From Octopus vulgaris (Eukaryota), in assembly GCA_951406725.2 (NCBI GenBank), contig OX597827.1, forward strand, positions 47,244,001 through 47,308,000: a stretch of DNA of 64,000 bases, in the 5' to 3' direction. The notes under the pieces are model-generated. The model made no database searches. It saw only the letters and a list, made by a program, of their open reading frames with translations, and was not told the DNA's origin. Numbering within the stretch: position 1 is the first letter of the stretch; each line of letters begins with the position of its first letter. The translations under genes were made by a program, and so were the position numbers. This document shows, piece by piece, positions 54,000-64,000 of this stretch.

Positions 54000-54043
54000 T
54001 ATATTTATATCGGTGGTGGGGAATAGATACAGACACTAAGACA

Positions 54044-54118
<75 letters not shown>

Positions 54119-54128
54119 TTATATATAC

Positions 54129-54176
<48 letters not shown>

Positions 54177-54608
54177 GACGACTATCCGCATTTAAGAAAC
54201 TAAAATGGCACTAGTACAAATATCCCTACAGTGACTAAAAGTGCAGATGAACACCAGCATTGGTACACGTAATGGTTAAAACAACTCTTAGCCACTGGCA
54301 AGCACTTCTCTCCTGACTGAAAAGGGAATCCAAACTCCACAAACAAGCGAAGGGTGTGATATCATTGACGATTTCGGATTGAGGAGTTGTGTTGATTCTT
54401 ATTTCTAGTAATTGCTGCTGATTTTCACCTGTAGTCACTCTAGAGACGTTTGCATGTGTTTGTATGCGTGTGTATGCATACATATATATATAATATATAT
54501 ATATATGTATTTGTACATTTTTATCATTATTCTTTTGCAAAAAACAATGCAATTTTCTTTTTTACCCCTTTCTAATTTAAAAAAAAAACAAACCTTTTAA
54601 AACATAAA

Positions 54609-54649
54609 TATTCTTGACAAGTCATACAATGACGAAAACCGGTTGAATA
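54609..54649 (+). ncRNA. Minimal hammerhead-like motif, U3-A8 variant
   Basis: tattc-TTGACAA-gtcat aca atgac-GAAA-accggtt-gaata, followed by (TA)n. Confidence 0.55.
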
Positions 54650-54740
54650 AATATATATATATATAGTTTATCAATTTCTCATTTTATTAAAATTTTCTTT
54701 CATTTGAGCATTCTGCATTTTTAAAAAATTTTTTCCTTAC

Positions 54741-54772
<32 letters not shown>

Positions 54773-55230
54773 AATACATACAAACGTAGCAATTGCATCG
54801 TGGATTAATTTCTTTAGCTTTTCAAGTCATTTCGGAGAACATATTCAAATGTCACTTGTTTCTGAAGAGCGAAAATAGCTAAATTCTTTTTCTATATTCT
54901 CTAATTATTTTAACGTTCGAAAATGTGAAAACGAATCAAATACAATTTTTTAAAAACCATTAAACCAAAGAAAAGCTAAACACATAGAGTGGAAAAATAG
55001 AAATTAAATAAAAGACGCAAATGCCTCGAAATATCTTCCAGTGGCTCCCGATTAACAACTATAATGCAAGGATGTCATTGACACACACACACACACGGAT
55101 ACATGAGCAGGCATGCTTTTTTGTAAGAAGTTTCCTTTCCACCGATAGGGGTTCAGGTTCAGTCCCACGTTGTATCATCTCAGGCTAGTATTTTCAACAA
55201 AAACCCGGGCCGAAAGAAGACATGAGTGGA

Positions 55231-55286
<56 letters not shown>

Positions 55287-55532
55287 TGTGTGTGTATATT
55301 TGTGTGTGTATGTGCGCGTGTATGTTTTTATTTGTTTGTGTGTGTGCGTGTGTAAAATTAATATAAACAAAAGGTTGCAATGTTTCACCAAAAGGGAGAA
55401 TTATAATTGTCACTAAATCTGATAAGGGTTTAAAAAGCAACTACATTGCTAGAAATAAGAGCTAAACTGTTCTAATGCTGTAGTTAACGCACATGAATGA
55501 AAACATGTACACTAACAGGAGAATTTTTAAGA

Positions 55533-55571
<39 letters not shown>

Positions 55572-55572
<1 letters not shown>

Positions 55573-55646
55573 TGAAGAGCGGCTATATTTAAAATGAATT
55601 GATTTTAATGTTATTAGTTCTTAAATATAGCCACGAAACACGTGTA
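55572..55646 (+). ncRNA. Hammerhead ribozyme, 5' arm of helix I lost at the (TA)n junction
   Basis: CTGAAGA-gcggctatatttaa...ttaaatatagccac-GAAAC-acgt-GTA. Confidence 0.7.
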
Positions 55647-56773
55647 GTCTTTTTACCAAATATATACGTTTCATTTATTATTTTGTACATTACTTAATCA
55701 TTGGTATATGTTTTTATCTTATATTTAATTTTTTTCTATAGGATGTAATTTCTTTCTATATTGTATCATTAAATGTTTTTCATTGTTGAATTTGATAAAA
55801 TATATTTTTTCAAAATTATATATATATATATATATATACATATATACACAAACTCTCACACACACTCTCTCTTTCTCTCTCCCACACAAACACACACACA
55901 ACAAGCTAATCTCGAACAGTCAGAATGAGTATTCAAAACCACTTTTGTGGATAAGTATTCTTTATTGTGCCTTAATCAGTACTCTCATCCAAAGTGGAGA
56001 CAATTACCAACGTTCCCATGTGATACGCTTGCACAATTGTAAAGAACCTCGTTACTTGAAACCATCGGTAGCCTTATTAATCCGAAAACTGTGTGTGTGT
56101 ATGTGTGTGTGTGTTTGTGAACCATCATAGTTTCACTGTTTTAAATTGCCTACGTCCCTGTTAACTTAGCGGTTCAGCATAACACTATTTACCTTATCGT
56201 CAGTCCACTCGTGCTATTAATACTCAGAACTAGAATACAGACTAGCTGAAGAGCATGCAACTTTTTACCAGCCAGAATTGTACCAAAGCTTTTTCATTCA
56301 AACACATTTTGAAGTGTACCAAGAAACCAACCTTCTTACTTTTTATGCTATTTCTGTAGATGAATCACTTCGTTTTATGCATTTAAAGATACTGGAATAA
56401 AATGATGTATCGGCTTGATGTGTTCTAAGAACATAAGCAGTGAATATGTTATTAGTAGACACTACATTAAACAGTAATATCTGAAATAAGATCTGAGTTT
56501 CGACATTCCCGAAACTTATCTCTTTTGTTTTAAACCCATGCAATATTTAAAATTTAATTGGAAATCAGACTTTTTATGCAAAGAAATTTATGTATGCACC
56601 AATGCAACTATGCTGCTCTCTAAATCTGTACATACCCCCCCACACACACACACCCACACACATTTTTCAATAAAAACTGCATAAACATCATAAAAAAATC
56701 TGTGACTAAGAGTTTTACGTTCCCGTTCGTCAGACAGTGCGATTCCGTGTGTATACGATACATAGATACACGT

Positions 56774-56890
<117 letters not shown>

Positions 56891-56918
56891 TGCGAGTTTA
56901 TGTGTGTGTACGTATATG

Positions 56919-56976
<58 letters not shown>

Positions 56977-57227
56977 GGAGAGAGAAATAGAAAGGGATTA
57001 GGTAAAATAGAATATTTGATATATTACATTGTAGTTGAAGATATAATTTTTCTCTCAGGAGAATTTTTCTTCATGTAGATTCTTACATATGCAGGCAGGT
57101 ATGTAGACACGCATATATAAGCAATAATACAGGCCACTGTACGTGTGTGTTGTATATACGTGTATGTATATGAATTACACAGCTTTACGTACATTAATAT
57201 ATATAGACATATATGTAGATATATGTG

Positions 57228-57269
<42 letters not shown>

Positions 57270-57468
57270 TATATCTGTATGTATGTATGTAAAAGTATAT
57301 CACTATTCATGTGTATCCTTATCAATACACACGCACACACACAAATATATATAGAGAGAAAGATACAGTGAGATAGATAAATAGACAGGTATATATATAT
57401 ATATACGTATCTATATGTGGGTATATATATATGTATATGTTTACATACATGCATAAACACACACACTT

Positions 57469-57504
<36 letters not shown>

Positions 57505-57724
57505 GTAATGTACTGATTTGTGGTAGAGAATTCAACAAAAAGTGTACTCCATCTGGTGAAAGATAATTATTACTTATACCTACATAAATAGATAGTCAGA
57601 CAGATAGATGGGGTCTTGTACGGGAATGGAAGGGGAACGAGGTAAAGAATAGACAGTAAAACTGTTGGAAGCAGATAACAAAATAAAAGTTATCTACAGA
57701 AAGAAAAAATTAATTCTCTCTCTC

Positions 57725-59015
<1,291 letters not shown>

Positions 59016-60024
59016 ATACAGGCTTATAAACACACACGCACACACACAGAGATGAATTACTTGAAGGGAAATCCTACGCTCTCCCTTATTCCGTTTATGT
59101 CTTTTACACATAGTTTTTTTTATGAGAATGATTTAGTTTTCTATATTGTTTCCACTTATTTTGGCCCTAGTTCAGCGGATTTCTCTCAGACATTTGATCA
59201 GAAGCGTTCCATCTTTGATAGCATCGCCTGTTTGTTTCTCAGAAACAACATTATCGTTTATTTTTTTTATCTTTTAATCAGGACAAAATGCGTGTCCGTA
59301 TCCTTTTACCGGGTTTCGGAGTCTGGCTTCAGTGATGGAGAAATATAGCCTCAAACAGGAACCGGTCAGTGTATTTCCAACATAATGTATTCCGTTAATG
59401 GCTTCCAAGGTTTCAAGAGGAGGTAGTGGTTGTCTAAATTCGAACGCAATTACTGCATGGCATCAATTCAGATATTTCTACAGTTTCCTCAATACAAACG
59501 ATCATAGATTGTTATTTTGTTTTATTAACCGCGAGAGGATGTAAGTCAGCGCTCACCTCATTAGGATGTGATGTTAGAATTTAAAAAAAAAATCTAAAGA
59601 AATACTGCGTGGCATTGTGATCACTGTTATTATTCCCAATCCACCTTTTGTCTATTGTTTTCATTATATGTCGGAATGAGAGCGAAGAGAAATATGCCTC
59701 CTATGCCATGCAGGTTCTTTTGCTCGACTGCAATTTTTTTCTGTTCATCTAAATTGTGGATTGGCAGAAACTAAAATACTACGCGGCGTTTAGTCTCACT
59801 TGTTAATATTCTACGTTCATATTACACTAAGACCACCATTCATTTTTTCCCTCTCTGCATGGTGAAACGAGGCCAAAAATATTATCATTCAAGTATTGCG
59901 ACGCATCTCACAATATTAAGGATGGTGATATTTTTCTATTTATAAGGTGACAAGCTAGCAGAATCGTTAACGAGACGGATAAAAGGTTTTGTAGTATTTC
60001 GTCCGTCTTTACGTTCTGAGTTTT

Positions 60025-60335
60025 TTTTTGAGACCCCCTTCGGTCATGACTGACCATGGCATTGCACCAAGAAAGTCACCCTCGCAGGCGCAAGTCCGGG
60101 CAAGGTTGTTTATGGAAGACCAGCAGTCGCCCATACCACCAATGTTATCCAAGGGAAAGGCATAGGCCGATACAGCTTGGCACCTGTGACGTCACAACTC
60201 ATTTCTACAGGTGAGTGAACTGGAGCAACGTGAAATATAGTGTCTTGCTCAAGAACACAACACACAGCCCGGTCCGGTATTCGAACTCACAACCTCACGA
60301 TCGTAATTTCGACGATCTAACCAGTGAGCCATGCA
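60025..60335 (-). mobile_element. tRNA-derived SINE related to family C, inserted in a family A head (59945-60022)
   Basis: GAACTGGAGCAACGTGAAAT..TGTCTTGCTCAAGAACACAAC; B-box GAGTTCGAATACC on the minus strand. Confidence 0.7.
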
Positions 60336-62589
60336 CTACAAAATCTGACCCTGAACTTAGTGATATCATCACAAAACAGGAATATGTTTCAAAAGTTAAT
60401 TATCTCATTTAAAAAACAAAAAGCAACCGTTGAAGATTTACTTTCGGCAGAAGATTTCTCCACTCTCTGCCTAACGTCTAGAAGTACAACCAGTCGCCAC
60501 TCGCGAGCGAGCATGACTTGGTAGCATGTAACACGCTTTCGTAAATTGTTTTTGGTGTTCATGTAATCACGAAAACACTAGACCTTCTCTCAGACTCGTC
60601 ATCCTTCTTCCACTGCAATATAGAGGGTGCATCAACTGCGGGGGTGTGGGGATGAGATGCCTGCACTAGAACTCTGATGGTGCTAATTATTGCTCAGTAT
60701 AATTCTTTTCTACTCAATGCAATTTAGAATGATAAGAACATGTAGCGCACCATGTGCGTAGTTGAAAGACTCATTAAACAGGTATGAAACACACCAACCT
60801 AACAGTTGTCTCTTTTTACACAGATGGCAAAAGTATATCCTATTTAGTTGATTTACTTTTTTAAACGTGTTAATTTTCCATTACTCAATCACAATATTGT
60901 GCGTTTACTTCGTGATTCGATTGTCCTTGTTTACGTTGAAATCAAGGCCGCGTTGAGGACGTCTATTTGGACCGAAACAAGTCCGGTGTTCTATCTCGTA
61001 TCTAATTCAAAGATTATAATGATATTAATCTTTCTGGTAACGTTTTCTTTCGCTGTTTATTTCTAACCAGCTTTTCGTTTATCGCCGGGTTAAATATCTT
61101 AAAGCTTACTTGAATATAATTATTGAGTCCATATGTCAGTGGGGTCGCATATGCTTTGACATTGTCAGCCACGGCTTCCAAATTTTATAAACAATAATAA
61201 TTTAATGATATGGTACATCACCACACGTTTTGGTGAGAGTGCTGTAACCATCCAACGATATATTACTGAATATTTATTGTATAGATACCTCATGGAGGTA
61301 TATGAAAGGTAGAGTTCATTTCCAGTATGATCTGAACCTAAAGTATTAATGAGAGGTTGCTAAAAGCAACAAGAATATTTAATTTTTCTGTCTCGGTCAC
61401 AAAATCTTCCTGCTATCCACCACTCTGTTTATGTTTTGAAAGAATAATGGTGTGATTAACAAGATAAATGCAATCAACCGAAAAAATATAAAAACGAAAA
61501 ACAAAACGCAGACGTCAACAGCAACAACATCAAAAGCAAATGTTTAAAAATCAGACAAAAATCTCGAACAAAATGAAAGAAAAAAAGGGGAAAAATAGTA
61601 AAATTATTCGGAAAAAATGTTTTCATAACAACACAAACATATCAAACAAAAATATCTTGAAAAAATTTCCAAGCTGAGATACGTGAGACAATAAACAATT
61701 AAAGCTGAAGCAAACATTAGAAAAAGTGTAAAAGGTTTCTTATTGGTTAACTAGATCTGACAATGATTTACTTGATTAAAAAAAATATTAATAGTTATTT
61801 GTTATTTGTTATAAACAATTTTTATTTTTAATTAGACGTTCAAGTATCAGAAATATCGGTTTTCCTCTCCTCTTAATGTATGATAGTGTTTATGTTGTTG
61901 AAGGGGAAATTGAATAAATATAAAGAAAAATTAACGATGATGACGAGGATAGTGACAACAACAATGGCGATGAGATGATAAAAAATACGATTTGTTACAT
62001 AGTGCTACACTTATTTTTTTTCTTTTGGGAAGGAAACATTTAATTATACCATTTGCAATAATTAATTGGTGCCAATTGATACCATTGGGGCCTATGTAAT
62101 TGACTGATAAATTAGATATCGGTGGGATTTATCCCAGAACAATTTTGCTAAAATACTCTATATGAATAATTGACAGAGTCGCTCGAACTGCCAGGGATTG
62201 CAACTGCAATTGTCTAAAATTAAGTTAATCATTCAAAATTTGGAAGGGCATTTAAAAATAATGTAGTTCTAAATTAACTACTTTTAGAAAGAGAACCTTG
62301 GACGGGATAGCCACGTGATAGCCACAGGATAGAATGTTTGATGTTCCATGACTGTATTGATGACCCATGACTGTATTATGGATAAATAACAGCAAGAGCA
62401 AAACAGCAAGAACAACGCCATCACTAACACCAACAAAATTAGCAACAATACCAGCATCGCCAGTAATAAGAAACAAATGAAAGAATAACAAAAAAAAAAA
62501 AAAGATTAAAATCACCCGCAGCACCGTCAACAGCTTCAAACAACAACGAGAAACAGCAACAACAGCATCAATGTAGGCAACCGAACTTT

Positions 62590-62790
62590 GGAAGCACTCC
62601 GTCGGTTACGACGATGAGGGTTCCGGTTGATCCGATCAACGGAACAGCCTGCTCGTGAAATTAACGTGTAAGTGGCTGAGCACTCCACAGACACGTGTAA
62701 CCTTAACGTAGTTCTCGGGGATATTCAGCGTGACACAGAGAGTGACAAGGCTGGCCCTTTGAAATACAGGTACAACAGAAACAGGAAGTA
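62590..62790 (-). mobile_element. SINE family B tail type 2, 5'-truncated
   Basis: Near identical to 52258-52436 plus about 21 extra nt. Confidence 0.8.
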
Positions 62791-62949
62791 ATGTTGTGCA
62801 AAAGAGATCAACGATAAATAATTAGAAAAAAAGTCTTTGGTTTTACTGCTACCGTTTGTATAATTCCACGTCGAGCCATATTTATTTATTCATTTACTTA
62901 TTAATACCAAACGGGCAAACAATGTGAATTGTTGAGAAGAATAGTGGTA

Positions 62950-63458
62950 TAAGCACTTGGGAATGCGAAAGTACTTGGGAATACTGGAGTCGGAGAAATG
63001 TAAGATTTTGTGGAACTTTTCTATTCAAACGGACAAGAAATTAGAAAATGATCGACTAGAAATAACGACTATAGACAAGGGAAACAGAAGTTGTTTACTT
63101 ACCGACCGATCAAGCCCGTTTGATTCAAGGATCGCAAAGAAAGAGGAAGAAAGAATATACAATCCTTTAAAGTTTGGAGCATACCAACAGTAAAGGTCGT
63201 ACCTATGGTAATTGGTGCGTTGAGAACAGTAAGCCAAGATATAGACATATGACTGGAGGAGATTGTAATAAGATGCCCGGTAGAGCTCCTACAGAAAGTT
63301 TGTCTCTTAGAGACAGCAAGAATTATCAAGAGGATTCTTAGCACTTGAAAGACTTCTGAAAACTTGTGCGTACCTAAGGTTACAAGTAGTAACCCTCTAT
63401 TCACATAATTCTTACCAGGATTAAGACCGAACCTGTGCCTAACCAAAATAATAATAAT
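62950..63458 (+). pseudogene. Diverged R4/Dong-type endonuclease 3' end with (TAA) tail
   Basis: KILWNFSIQTDKKLENDRLEI..IDK, PFDSRIAKKEEE, KVVPMVIGAL and LLQKVCLLETARIIKRIL parallel the 45277-46091 element. Confidence 0.75.
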
Positions 63459-63677
63459 CCTTTCTGCTAAAGCACAAGGCCTGAAACTTTGGGGGAGGGG
63501 ATTAAACATATACATCAACCCTCAGTGTTTAACTGGTATTTCATTCATCGACCCCGAAAGGATGAAATACAATGTCGATCTCCGCGGGACTTGACCTCAG
63601 AACGTGAAGACCGACAAAATACAGCTAAGCATTTAACCTAGCGTGCTAACATTTCTGCCAGCTTGCCACCTTTGATG

Positions 63678-63723
<46 letters not shown>

Positions 63724-63927
63724 TAATAATAATAATAATATTCCTTCCTAATCTATGCACAAGGCCCGATTTTTTTGGCGTGGGGTGGGGGCCGTCGATT
63801 AGATCGACCCCTGTACACAACTGGTGCTTAATTTATCCCTGAAAGGATAAAAGGCAAAGTCGGATTTTGAACTCAGAACGTGAAGACGGACGAAATATGC
63901 CTGGCGTGCAAACGATTCTCCCAGCTT
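63455..63927 (-). mobile_element. Two SINE family A copies (63455-63672, 63738-63927) separated by (TAA)n
   Basis: GCACAAGGCC...ATCGACCCC...GAAAGGAT..AA...CTCAGAACGTGAAGAC. Confidence 0.75.
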
Positions 63928-63929
63928 GA

Positions 63930-63961
<32 letters not shown>

Positions 63962-63962
63962 T

Positions 63963-63994
<32 letters not shown>

Positions 63995-64000
63995 ATAATA

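Noticed and set aside
62606-62675. ACGATGA-hairpin-GAAA in SINE B tail 2
   Set aside because: Non-canonical core without a 3-8 pair and no convincing helix III; more simply a LINE-derived stem-loop.

Overview
AT-rich, microsatellite-saturated, intergenic or intronic animal DNA. The SINE families and the (TA)n/(TATC)n/(TAA)n load strongly resemble an octopus (coleoid cephalopod) genome; this is an inference from repeat content. I found no convincing host protein-coding exon, and almost all listed ORFs are translations of microsatellites. Real coding content is all transposon-derived: a 5'-truncated CR1-group LINE with an intact 623-aa RT ORF (15346-17217), three R4/Dong-type non-LTR remnants (the youngest inserted in (TAA)n), RTE 3' ends, mariner (DD34D) and maT (DD37D) relics, and a Helitron Rep fragment split by a Merlin-like MITE, plus many tRNA-type SINEs. 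The main hidden signal is about a dozen minimal type I hammerhead ribozyme (HHR) motifs, found by eye, in short non-coding elements that mostly sit in or beside (TA)n tracts and often end in fold-back palindromes; one has a 12-bp target-site duplication. The cores include canonical C3-G8 as well as compensatory U3-A8 and G3-C8 variants. This is best read as a diverse Penelope-like pseudo-LTR/retrozyme system; self-cleavage is untested.
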